Assembly: GCF_009914755.1 (NCBI RefSeq)
Contig: NC_060942.1
Reading direction: 5' to 3' (one strand)
DNA from: the human T2T-CHM13v2.0 reference genome, Homo sapiens
DNA length: 64,000 bases
Part shown: positions 41,805 through 54,200 of the stretch, one piece after another
Layout: every line of letters starts with the position of its first letter
Numbering within the stretch: position 1 is the stretch's first letter
The notes under the pieces: model-generated
Told to the model about the DNA's origin: nothing
Seen by the model: the letters and a program-made list of their open reading frames with translations, nothing else
Database searches by the model: none
Translations under genes and position numbers: made by a program

Positions 41805-42822
41805 GAAACTAGTTTCTGATGTGTGTCCTCAACTAACACAGTTGTACATTTCTTTATACAGAACAGTTTTGAAACACTCTTTTTTTGGAATCTGCAAGTG
41901 GATATTGGGCTAGATTTGAGGATTTCGTTGGAAACGGGATTACATTTAAAAAGCAGACAGCAGCATTCTCAGAAAGTTCTTTGGGATGATTGCATTCAAG
42001 TCACAGAATTGAACATTCCCTTTCACAGAGCAGGTTTGAAACACTCTTTTTGTAGTGTGTGTAAGTGGACATTTGGAGCGCTTTCCGGCCTAAGGTGAAA
42101 AAGGAAATATCTTCCCATAAAAACTAGACAGAAGCATTCTCAGAAACTTACTCGTGATGTGTGTCCTCAACTAAAGGAGTAGAACCTTTCTATTCATAGA
42201 GAAGTTTTGAAACGCTCTTTTTGTGGAATCTCCAAGTGGATATTTGGCTAGTTTTGAGGATTTCGTTGGAAGCGGGAATTCATACAAATTGCAGACTGCA
42301 GCGTTCTGAGAAACATCTTTGTGATGTCTGTATTCAGGACACAGAGATGAACATTCCCTATCATAGAGCATGTTGGAATCACTCCTTTTGTAGTATCTGG
42401 AAGTGGACATTTGGAGCGCTTTCAGGCCTATGTTGAAAAAGGAAATATCTTCTCATAACAACTAGACACAAGCATTCTCAGAAACTTGTTTGTGATGTGT
42501 GCCCTCTACTGACAGAGTTGAACCTTTCTTTTCATAGAGCAGTTTTGAAACACTCTTTTTGTAGAATCCGCAAGAGGATATTTGCATAGCTTTGAGGATT
42601 TCGTGGGAAACGGGATTGTCTTCAGGTAAAATCTAGACAGAAGCATTCTCAGAAACTTCTTTGGGATGTTTGCATTCAAGTCACAGAGTAGAACATTCCC
42701 TTTGGTAGAGCAGGTTTGAAACACTCTTTTTGTAGTATCTGGAAGTGGACATTTGGAGCGCTTTCAGGCCTACGTTGGAAAAGGAAATATCTTCCCATAA
42801 CAACTAGACAGAAGCATTCTCA
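41805..42822 (+). repeat. 6-mer structural variant HOR (1018 bp), same junction as the 29.9-kb copy
   Basis: Spacing 41823 to 42841 = 1018; junction within 42740-42772; shares private SNVs with 29911-30928. Confidence 0.95.
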
Positions 42823-44182
42823 GAAACTAGTTTCTGATGTGTGTCCTCAACTAACACAGTTGAACTTTTCTTTAGACAGAACAGTTTTGAAACACTCTTT
42901 TTGTGGAATCTGCAAGTGCATATTGGGCTAGATTTGAGGATTTCGTTGGAAACGGGATTACATATAAAAAGCAGACAGCAGCATTCTCAGAAAGTTCTTT
43001 GTGATGATTGCATTCAAGTCACAGAATTGAACATTCCCTTTCACAGAGCAGGTTTGAAACACTCTTTTTGTAGTGTGTGTAAGTGGACATTTGGAGCGCT
43101 TTCCGGCCTAAGGTGAAAAAAGAAATATCTTCCCATAAAAACTAGACAGAAGCATCCTCAGAAACTTACTCGTGATGTGTTTCCTCAACTAAAGGAGTAG
43201 AACCTTTCTATTCATAGAGAAGTTTTGAAACGCTCTTTTTGTGGAATCTCCAAGTGGATATTTGGCTAGTTTTGAGGATTTCGTTGGAAGCGGGAATTCA
43301 TACAAATTGCAGACTGCAGCGTTCTGAGAAACATCTTTGTGATGTTTGTATTCAGGACACAGAGATGAACATTCCCTATCATAGAGCAGGTTGGAATCAC
43401 TCCTTTTGTAGTATCTGGAAGTGGACATTTGGAGCGCTTTCAGGCCTATGTTGAAAAAGGAAATATCTTCCCATAACAACTAGACACAAGCATTCTCAGA
43501 AACTTGTTTGTGATGTGTGCCCTCTACTGACAGAGTTGAACCTTTCTTTTCATAGAGCAGTTTTGAAACACTCTTTTTGTAGAATCTGCAAGAGGATATT
43601 TGCATAGCTTTGAGGATTTCGTGGGAAACGGGATTGTCTTCAGGTAAAATCTAGACAGAAGCATTCTCAGAAACTTCTTTGGGATGTTTGCATTCAAGTC
43701 ACAGAGTAGAACATTCCCTTTGGTAGAGCAGGTTTGAAACACTCTTTTTGTAGTATCTGGAAGTGGACATTTGGAGCGCTTTCAGGCCCATGTTGGAAAG
43801 GGAAATATCTTCCCGTAACAACTAGGCAGAAGCATTCTCAGAAACTTATTTGAGATGTGTGGACTCAACGAAGAGAATTGAACGACCGTTTTGAAGGAGC
43901 AGTTTTGAAACCCTCTTTTTCTGGAATCTGCAAGAGTATATTTCCCTAGCCTTGAGGATTTCGTTGGAAACGGGATTGTCTTCAGATCAAATCTAGACAG
44001 AAGCATTCTCAGAAACTTCTTTGGGATGTTTGCATTCAAGTCACAGAGTAGAACATTCCCTTTGGTAGAGCAGGTTTGAAACACTCTTTTTTTAGTATAT
44101 GGAAGTGGACATTTGGAGCGCTTTCAGGCCTACGTTGGAAAAGGAAATATCTTCCCATAACAACTAGACAGAAGCATTCTCA

Positions 44183-45200
44183 GAAACTAGTTTCTGATGT
44201 GTGTCCTCAACTAACACAGTTGAACTTTTCTTTAGACAGAACAGTTTTGAAACACTCTTTTTGTGGAATCTGCAAGTGGATATTGGGTTAGATTTGAGGA
44301 TTTCGTTGGAAAGGGGATTACATATAAAAAGCAGACAGCAGCATTCTCAGAAAGTTGTTTGTGATGATTGCATTCAAGTCACAGAATTGAACATTCCCTT
44401 TCACAGAGCAGGTTTGAAACACTCTTTTTGTAGTGTGTGTAAGTGGACATTTGGAGCGCTTTCCGGCCTAAGGTGAAAAAGGACATATCTTCCCATAAAA
44501 ACTAGACAGAAGCATTCTCAGAAACTTACTCGTGATGTGTGTCCTCAACTAAAGGAGTAGAACCTTTCTATTCATAGAGAAGTTTTGAAACGCTCTTTTT
44601 GTGGAATCTCCAAGTGGATATTTGCCGAGTTTTGAGGATTTCGTTGGAAGCGGGAATTCATCCAAATTGCAGACTGCAGCGTTCTGAGAAACATCTTTGT
44701 GATGTTTGTATTCAAGACACAGAGATGAACATTCCCTATCATAGAGCATGTTGGAATCACTCCTTTTGTAGTATCTGGAAGTGGACATTTGGAGCGCTTT
44801 CAGGCCTATGTTGAGAAAGGAAATATCTTCCCATAAAAACTAGACACAAGCATTCTCAGAAACTTGTTTGTGATGTGTGCCCTCTACTGACAGAGTTGAA
44901 CCTTTCTTTTCATAGAGCAGTTTTGAAACACTCTTTTTCTGGAATCTGCAAGAGTATATTTGCCTAGCCTTGAGGATTTCGTTGGAAACGGGATTGTCTT
45001 CAGATAAAATCTAGACAGAAGCATTCTCAGAAACTTCTTTGGGATGTTTGCATTCAAGTCACAGAGTAGAACATTCCCTTTGGTAGAGCAGGTTTGAAAC
45101 ACTCTTTTTTTAGTATATGGAAGTGGACATTTGGAGCGCTTTCAGGCCTACGTTGGAAAAGGAAATATCTTCCCATAACAACTAGACAGAAGCATTCTCA
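44183..45200 (+). repeat. 6-mer structural variant HOR (1018 bp) with a monomer 5/7 hybrid
   Basis: Spacing 44201 to 45219 = 1018. Monomer-5 CCTTTCTTTTCATA runs into monomer-7 TTTTTCTGGAATCTGCAAGAGTATA; junction within 44915-44938. Confidence 0.95.
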
Positions 45201-48200
45201 GAAACTAGTTTCTGATGTGTGTCCTCAACTGACACAGTTGTACATTTCTTTAGACAGAACAGTTTTGAAACACTCTTTTTGTGGAATCTGCAAGTGGATA
45301 TTGGGCTAGATTTGAGGATTTCGTTGGAAACGGGATTACATATAAAAAGCAGTCAGCAGCATTCTCAGAAAGTTCTTTGTGATGATTGCATTCAAGTCAC
45401 AGAATTGAACATTCCCTTTCACAGAGCAGGTTTGAAACACTCTTTTTGTAGTGTGTGTAAGTGGACATTTGGAGCGCTTTCCGGCCTAAGGTGAAAAAGG
45501 ACATATCTTCCCATAAAAATTAGACAGAAGCATTCTCAGAAACTTACTCGTGATGTGTGTCCTCAACTAAAGGAGTAGAACCTTTCTATTCATAGAGAAG
45601 TTTTGAAACGCTCTTTTTGTGGAATCTCCAAGTGGATATTTGGCTAGTTTTGAGGATTTCGTTGGAAGCGGGAATTCATACAAATTGCAGACTGCAGCGT
45701 TCTGAGAAACATCTTTGTGATGTTTGTATTCAAGACACAGAGATGAACATTCCCTATCATAGAGCATGTTGGAATCACTCCATTTGTAGTATCTGGAAGT
45801 GGACATTTGGAGCGCTTTCAGGCTTATGTTGAAAAAGGAAATATCTTCCCATAACAACTAGACACAAGCATTCTCAGAAACTTGTTTGTGATGTGTGCCC
45901 TCTACTGACAGAGTTGAACCTTTCTTTTCATAGAGCAGTTTTGAAACACTCTTTTTGTAGAATCCGCAAGAGGATATTTGCATAGCTTTGAGGATTTCGT
46001 GGGAAACGGGATTGTCTTCAGGTAAAATCTAGACAGAAGCATTCTCAGAAACTTCTTTGGGATGTTTGCATTCAAGTCACAGAGTAGAACATTCCCTTTG
46101 GTAGAGCAGGTTTGAAACACTCTTTTTGTAGTATCTGGAAGTGGACATTTGGAGCGCTTTCAGGCCCATGTTGGAAAGGGAAATATCTTCCCGTAACAAC
46201 TAGGCAGAAGCATTCTCAGAAACTTATTTGAGATGTGTGGACTCAACTAAGAGAATTGAACCACCGTTTTGAAGGAGCAGTTTTGAAACACTCTTTTTCT
46301 GGAATCTGCAAGAGTATATTTGCCTAGCCTTGAGGATTTCGTTGGAAACGGGATTGTCTTCAGATAAAATCTAGACAGAAGCATTCTCAGAAACTTCTTT
46401 GGGATGTTTGCATTCAAGTCACAGAGTAGAACATTCCCTTTGGTAGAGCAGGTTTGAAACACTCTTTTTTTAGTATATGGAAGGACATTTGGAGCGCTTT
46501 CAGGCCTACGTTGTAAAAGGAAATATCTTCCCATAACAACTAGACAGAAGCATTCTCAGAAACTAGTTTCTGATGTGTGTCCTCAACTAACACAGTTGAA
46601 CTTTTCTTTAGACAGAACAGTTTTGAAACACTCTTTTTGTGGAATCTGCAAGTGGATATTGGGCTAGATTTGAGGATTTCGTTGGAAACGGGATTACATA
46701 TAAAAAGCAGACAGCAGCATTCTCAGAAAGTTCTTTGTGATGATTGCATTCAAGTCACAGAATTGAACATTCCCTTTCACAGAGCAGGTTTGAAACACTC
46801 TTTTTGTAGTGTGTGTAAGTGGACATTTGGAGCGCTTTCCGGCCTAAGGTGAAAAAGGACATATCTTCCCATAAAAACTAGACGGAAGCATCCTCAGAAA
46901 CTTACTCGTGATGTGTGTCCTCAACTAAAGGAGTAGAACCTTTCTATTCATAGAGAAGTTTTGAAACGCTCTTTTTGTGGAATCTCCAAGTGGATATTTG
47001 GCTAGTTTTGAGGATTTCGTTGGAAGCGGGAATTCATACAAATTGCAGACTGCAGCGTTCTGAGAAACATCTTTGTGATGTTTGTATTCAGGACACAGAG
47101 ATGAACATTCCCTATCATAGAGCAGGTTGGAATCACTCCTTTTGTAGTATCTGGAAGTGGACATTTGGAGCGCTTTCAGGCCTATGTTGATAAAGGAAAT
47201 ATCTTCCCATAACAACTAGACACAAGCATTCTCAGAAACTTGTTTGTGATGTGTGCCCTCTACTGACAGAGTTGAACCTTTCTTTTCATAGAGCAGTTTT
47301 GAAACACTCTTTTTGTAGAATCTGCAAGAGGATATTTGCATAGCTTTGAGGATTTCGTGGGAAACGGGATTGTCTTCAGGTAAAATCTAGACAGAAGCAT
47401 TCTCAGAAACTTCTTTGGGATGTTTGCATTCAAGTCACAGAGTAGAACATTCCCTTTGGTAGAGCAGGTTTGAAACACTCTTTTTGTAGTATCTGGAAGT
47501 GGACATTTGGAGCGCTTTCAGGACCATGTTGGAAAGGGAAATATCTTCCCGTAACAACTAGGCAGAAGCATTCTCAGAAACTTATTTGAGATGTGTGTAC
47601 TCAACTAAGAGAATTGAACCACCGTTTTGAAGGAGCAGTTTTGAAACCCTCTTTTTCTGGAATCTGCAAGAGTATATTTGCCTAGCCTTGAGGATTTCGT
47701 TGGAAACGGGATTGTCTTCAGATAAAATCTAGACAGAAGCATTCTCAGAAACTTCTTTGGGATGTTTGCATTCAAGTCACAGAGTAGAACATTCCCTTTG
47801 GTAGAGCAGGTTTGAAACACTCTTTTTTTAGTATATGGAAGTGGACATTTGGAGCGCTTTCGGGCCTACGTTGGAAAAGGAAATATCTTCCCATAACAAC
47901 TAGACAGAAGCATTCTCAGAAACTAGTTTCTGATGTGTGTCCTCAACTAACACAGTTGCACATTTCTTTAGACAGAACAGTTTTGAAACACTCTTTTTGT
48001 GGAATCTGGAAGTGGATATTGGGCTAGATTTGAGGATTTCGTTGGAAACGGGATTACATATAAATAGCAGTCAGCAGCATTCTCAGAAAGTTCTTTGTGA
48101 TGATTGCATTCAAGTCACAGAATTGAACATTCCCTTTCACAGAGCAGGTTTGAAACACTCTTTTTGTAGTGTGTGTAAGTGGACATTTGGAGCGCTTTCC

Positions 48201-51200
48201 GGCCTAAGGTGAAAAAGGACATATCTTCCCATAAAAACTAGACAGAAGCATTCTCAGAAACTTACTCGTGATGTGTGTCCTCAACTAAAGGAGTAGAACC
48301 TTTCTATTCATAGAGAAGTTTTGAAACGCTCTTTTTGTGGAATCTCCAAGTGGATATTTGGCTAGTTTTGAGGATTTCGTTGGAAGCGGGAATTCATACA
48401 AATTGCAGACTGCAGCGTTCTGAGAAACATCTTTGTGATGTTTGTATTCAAGACACAGAGATGAACATTCCCTATCATAGAGCATGTTGGAATCACTCCT
48501 TTTGTAGTATCTGGAAGTGGACATTTGGAGCGCTTTCAGGCCTATGTTGAAAAAGGAAATATCTTCCCATAACAACTAGACACAAGCATTCTCAGAAACT
48601 TGTTTGTGATGTGTGCCCTCTACTGACAGAGTTGAACCTTTCTTTTCATAGAGCAGTTTTGAAACACTCTTTTATAGAATCCGCAAGAGGATATTTGCAT
48701 AGCTTTGAGGATTTCGTGGGAAACGGGATTGTCTTCAGGTAAAATCTAGACAGAAGCATTCTCAGAAACTTCTTTGGGATGTTTGCATTCAAGTCACAGA
48801 GTAGAACATTCCCTTTGGTAGAGCAGGTTTGAAACACTCTTTTTGTAGTATCTGGAAGTGGACATTTGGAGCGCTTTCAGGCCCATGTTGGAAAGGGAAA
48901 TATCTTCCCGTAACAACTAGGCAGAAGCATTCTCAGAAACTTATTTGAGATGTGTGGACTCAACTAAGAGAATTGAACCACCGTTTTGAAGGAGCAGTTT
49001 TGAAACCCTCTTTTTCTGGAATCTGCAAGAGTATATTTGCCTAGCCTTGAGGATTTCGTTGGAAACGGGATTGTCTTCAGATAAAATCTAGACAGAAGCA
49101 TTCTCAGAAACTTCTTTGGGATGTTTGCATTCAAGTCACAGAGTAGAACATTCCCTTTGGTAGAGCAGGTTTGAAACACTCTTTTTTTAGTATATGGAAG
49201 TGGACATTTGGAGCGCTTTCAGGCCTACGTTGGAAAAGGAAATATCTTCCCATAACAACTAGACAGAAGCATTCTCAGAAACTAGTTTCTGATGTGTGTC
49301 CTCAACTAACACAGTTGTACATTTCTTTAGACAGAACAGTTTTGAAACACTCTTTTTGTGGAATCTGCAAGTGGATATTGGGCTAGATTTGAGGATTTCG
49401 TTGGAAACGGGATTACATATAAAAAGCAGACAGCAGCATTCTCAGAAAGTTCTTTGTGATGATTGCATTCAAGTCACAGAATTGAACATTCCCTTTCACA
49501 GAGCAGGTTTGAAACACTCTTTTTGTAGTGTGTGTAAGTGGACATTTGGAGCGCTTTCCGGCCTAAGGTGAAAAAGGAAATATCTTCCCATAAAAACTAG
49601 ACAGAAGCATTCTCAGAAACTTACTCGTGATGTGTGTCCTCAACTAAAGGAGTAGAACCTTTCTATTCATAGAGAAGTTTTGAAACGCTCTTTTTGTGGA
49701 ATCTCCAAGTGGATATTTGGCTAGTTTTGAGGATTTCGTTGGAAGCGGGAATTCATACAAATTGCAGACTGCAGCGTTCTCAGAAACATCGTTGTGATGT
49801 TTGTATTCAGGACACAGAGATGAACATTCCCTATCATAGAGCAGGTTGGAATCACTCCTTTTGTAGTATCTGGAAGTGGACATTTGGAGCGCTTTCAGGC
49901 CTATGTTGAAAAAGGAAATATCTTCCCATAACAACTAGACACAAACATTCTCAGAAACTTGTTTGTGATGTGTGCCCTCTACTGACAGAGTTGAACCTTT
50001 CTTTTCATAGAGCAGTTTTGAAACACTCTTTTTGTAGAATCTGCAAGAGGATATTTGCATAGCTTTGAGGATTTCGTGGGAAACGGGATTGTCTTCAGGT
50101 AAAATCTAGACAGAAGCATTCTCAGAAACTTCTTTGGGATGTTTGCATTCAAGTCACAGAGTAGAACATTCCCTTTGGTAGAGTAGGTTTGAAACACTCT
50201 TTTTGTAGTATCTGGAAGTGGACATTTGGAGCGCTTTCAGGCCCATGTTGGAAAGGGAAATATCTTCCCGTAACAACTAGGCAGAAGCATTCTCAGAAAC
50301 TTATTTGAGATGTGTGGAATCAACTAAGAGAATTGAACCACCGTTTTGAAGGAGCAGTTTTGAAACCCTCTTTTTCTGGAATCTGCAAGAGTATATTTGC
50401 CTAGCCTTGAGGATTTCGTTGGAAACGGGATTGTCTTCAGATAAAATCTAGACAGAAGCATTCTCAGAAACTTCTTTGGGATGTTTGCATTCAAGTCACA
50501 GAGTAGAACATTCCCTTTGGTAGAGCAGGTTTGAAACACTCTTTTTTTAGTATATGGAAGTGGACATTTGGAGCGCTTTCAGGCCTATGTTGGAAAAGGA
50601 AATATCTTCCCATAACAACTAGACAGAAGCATTCTCAGAAACTAGTTTCTGATGTGTGTCCTCAACTAACACAGTTGTACATTTCTTTAGACAGAACAGT
50701 TTTGAAACACTCTTTTTGTGGAATCTGCAAGTGGATATTAGGCTAGATTTGAGGATTTCGTTGGAAACGGGATTACATATAAAAAGCAGACAGCAGCATT
50801 CTCAGAATGTTCTTTGTGATGATTGCATTCAAGTCACAGAATTGAACATTCCCTTTCACAGAGCAGGTTTGAAACCCTCTTTTTGTAGTGTGTGTAAGTG
50901 GACATTTGGAGCGCTTTCCGGCCTAAGGTGAAAAAGGAAATATCTTCCCATAAAAACTAGACAGAAGCATTCTCAGAAACTTACTCGTGATGTGTGTCCT
51001 CAACTAAAAGAGTAGAACCTTTCTATTCATAGAGAAGTTTTGAAACGCTCTTTTTGTGGAATCTCCAAGTGGATATTTGGCTAGTTTTGAGGATTTCGTT
51101 GGAAGCGGGAATTCATACAAATTGCAGACTGCAGCGTTCTGAGAAACATCTTTGTGATGTTTGTATTCAGGACACAGAGATGAACATTCCCTATCATAGA

Positions 51201-54200
51201 GCAGGTTGGAATCACTCCTTTTGTAGTATCTGGAAGTGGACATTTGGAGCGCTTTCAGGCCTATGTTGAAAAAGGAAATATCTTCCCATAACAACTAGAC
51301 ACAAGCATTCTCAGAAAGTTGTTTGTGATGTGTGCCCTCTACTGACAGAGTTGAACCTTTCTTTTCATAGAGCAGTTTTGAAACACTCTTTTTGTAGAAT
51401 CCGCAAGAGGATATTTGCATAGCTTTGAGGATTTCGTGGGAAACGGGATTGTCTTCAGGTAAAATCTAGACAGAAGCATTCTCAGAAACTTCTTTGGGAT
51501 GTTTGCATTCAAGTCACAGAGTAGAACATTCCCTTTGGTAGAGCAGGTTTGAAACACTCTTTTTGTAGTATCTGGAAGTGGACATTTGGAGCGCTTTCAG
51601 GCCCATGTTGGAAAGGGAAATATCTTCCCGTAACAACTAGGCAGAAGCATTCTCAGAAACTTATTTGAGATGTGTGTACTCAACTAAGAGAATTGAACCA
51701 CCGTTTTGAAGGAGCAGTTTTGAAACACTCTTTTTCTGGAATCTGCAAGAGTATATTTGCCTAGCCTTGAGGATTTCGTTGGAAACGGGATTGTCTTCAG
51801 ATAAAATCTAGACAGAAGCATTCTCAGAAACTTCTTTGGGATGTTTGCATTCAAGTCACAGAGTAGAACATTCCCTTTGGTAGAGCAGGTTTTAAACACT
51901 CTTTTTTTAGTATATGGAAGTGGACATTTGGAGCGCTTTCAGGCCTACGTTGGAAAAGGAAATATCTTCCCATAACAACTAGACAGAAGCATTCTCAGAA
52001 ACTAGTTTTTGATGTGTGTCCTCAACTAACACAGTTGTACATTTCTTTAGACAGAATAGTTTTGAAACACTCTTTTTGTGGAATCTGCAAGTGGATATTG
52101 GGCTAGATTTGAGGATTTCGTTGGAAACGGGATTACATATAAAAAGCAGTCAGCAGCATTCTCAGAAAGTTCTTTGTGATGATTGCATTCAAGTCACAGA
52201 ATTGAACATTCCCTTTCCAGAGCAGGTTTGAAACACTCTTTTTGTAGTGTGTGTAAGTGGACATTTGGAGCGCTTTCCGGCCTAAGGGGAAAAAGGACAT
52301 GTCTTCCCATAAAAACTAGACAGAAGCATTCTCAGAAACTTACTCGTGATGTGTGTCCTCAACTAAAGGAGTAGCACCTTTCTATTCATAGAGAAGTTTT
52401 GAAACGCTCTTTTTGTGGAATCTCCAAGTGGATATTTGGCTAGTGTTGAGGATTTCGTTGGAAGCGGGAATTCATACAAATTGCAGACTGCAGCGTTCTG
52501 AGAAACATCTTTGTGATGTTTGTATTCAGGACACAGAGATGAACATTCCCTATCATAGAGCAGGTTGGAATCACTCCTTTTGTAGTATCTGGAAGTGGAC
52601 ATTTGGAGCGCTTTCAGGCCTATGTTGAAAAAGGAAATATCTTCCCATAACAACTAGACACAAACATTCTCAGAAACTTGTTTGTGATGTGTGCCCTCTA
52701 CTGACAGAGTTGAACCTTTCTTTTCATAGAGCAGTTTCGAAACACTCTTTTTGTAGAATCTGCAAGAGGATATTTGCATAGCTTTGAGGATTTCGTGGGA
52801 AACGGGATTGTCTTCAGGTAAAATCTAGACAGAAGCATTCTCAGAAACTTCTTTGGGATGTTTGCATTCAAGTCACAGAGTAGAACATTCCCTTTGGTAG
52901 AGTAGGTTTGAAACACTCTTTTTGTAGTATCTGGAAGTGGACATTTGGAGCGCTTTCAGGCCCATGTTGGAAAGGGAAATATCTTCCCGTAACAACTAGG
53001 CAGAAGCATTCTCAGAAACTTCTTTGAGATGTGTGGACTCAACTAAGAGAATTGAACCACCGTTTTGAAGGAGCAGTTTTGAAACCCTCTTTTTCTGGAA
53101 TCTGCAAGAGTATATTTGCCTAGCCTTGAGGATTTCGTTGGAAACGGGATTGTCTTCAGATAAAATCTAGACAGAAGCATTCTCAGAAACTTCTTTGGGA
53201 TGTTTGCATTCAAGTCACAGAGTAGAACATTCCCTTTGGTAGAGCAGGTTTGAAACACTCTTTTTTTAGTATATGGAAGTGGACATTTGGAGCGCTTTCA
53301 GGCCTACGTTGGAAAAGGAAATATCTTCCCATAACAACTAGACAGAAGCATTCTCAGAAACTAGTTTCTGATGTGTGTCCTCAACTACCACAGTTGTACA
53401 TTTCTTTACACAGAACAGTTTTGAAACACTCTTTTTGTGGAATCTGCAAGTGGATATTGGGGTAGATTTGAGGATTTCGTTGGAAACGGGATTACATATA
53501 AAAAGCAGACAGCAGCATTCTCAGAAAGTTCTTTGTGATGATTGCATTCAAGTCACAGAATTGAACATTCCCTTTCATAGAGCAGGTTTGAAACACTCTT
53601 TTTGTAGTGTGTGTAAGTGGACATTTGGAGCGCTTTCCGGCCTAAGGTGAAAAAGGACATATCTTCCCATAAAAACTAGACAGAAGCATTCTCAGAAACT
53701 TACTCGTGATGTGTGTCCTCAACTAAAGGAGTAGAACCTTTCTATTCATAGAGAAGTTTTGAAACGCTCTTTTTGTGGAATCTCCAAGTGGATATTTGGC
53801 TAGTTTTGAGGATTTCGTTGGAAGCGGGAATTCATACAAATTGCAGACTGCAGCGTTCTGAGAAACATCTTTGTGATGTTTGTATTCAGGACACAGAGAT
53901 GAACATTCCCTATCATAGAGCAGGTTGGAATCACTCCTTTTGTAGTATCTGGAAGTGGACATTTGGAGCGCTTTCAGGCCTATGTTGAAAAAGGAAATAT
54001 CTTCCCATAACAACTAGACACAAGCATTCTCAGAAACTTGTTTGTGATGTGTGCCCTCTACTGACAGAGTTGAACCTTTCTTTTCATAGAGCAGTTTTGA
54101 AACACTCTTTTATAGAATCCGCAAGAGGATATTTGCATAGCTTTGAGGATTTCGTGGGAAACGGGATTGTCTTCAGGTAAAATCTAGACAGAAGCATTCT

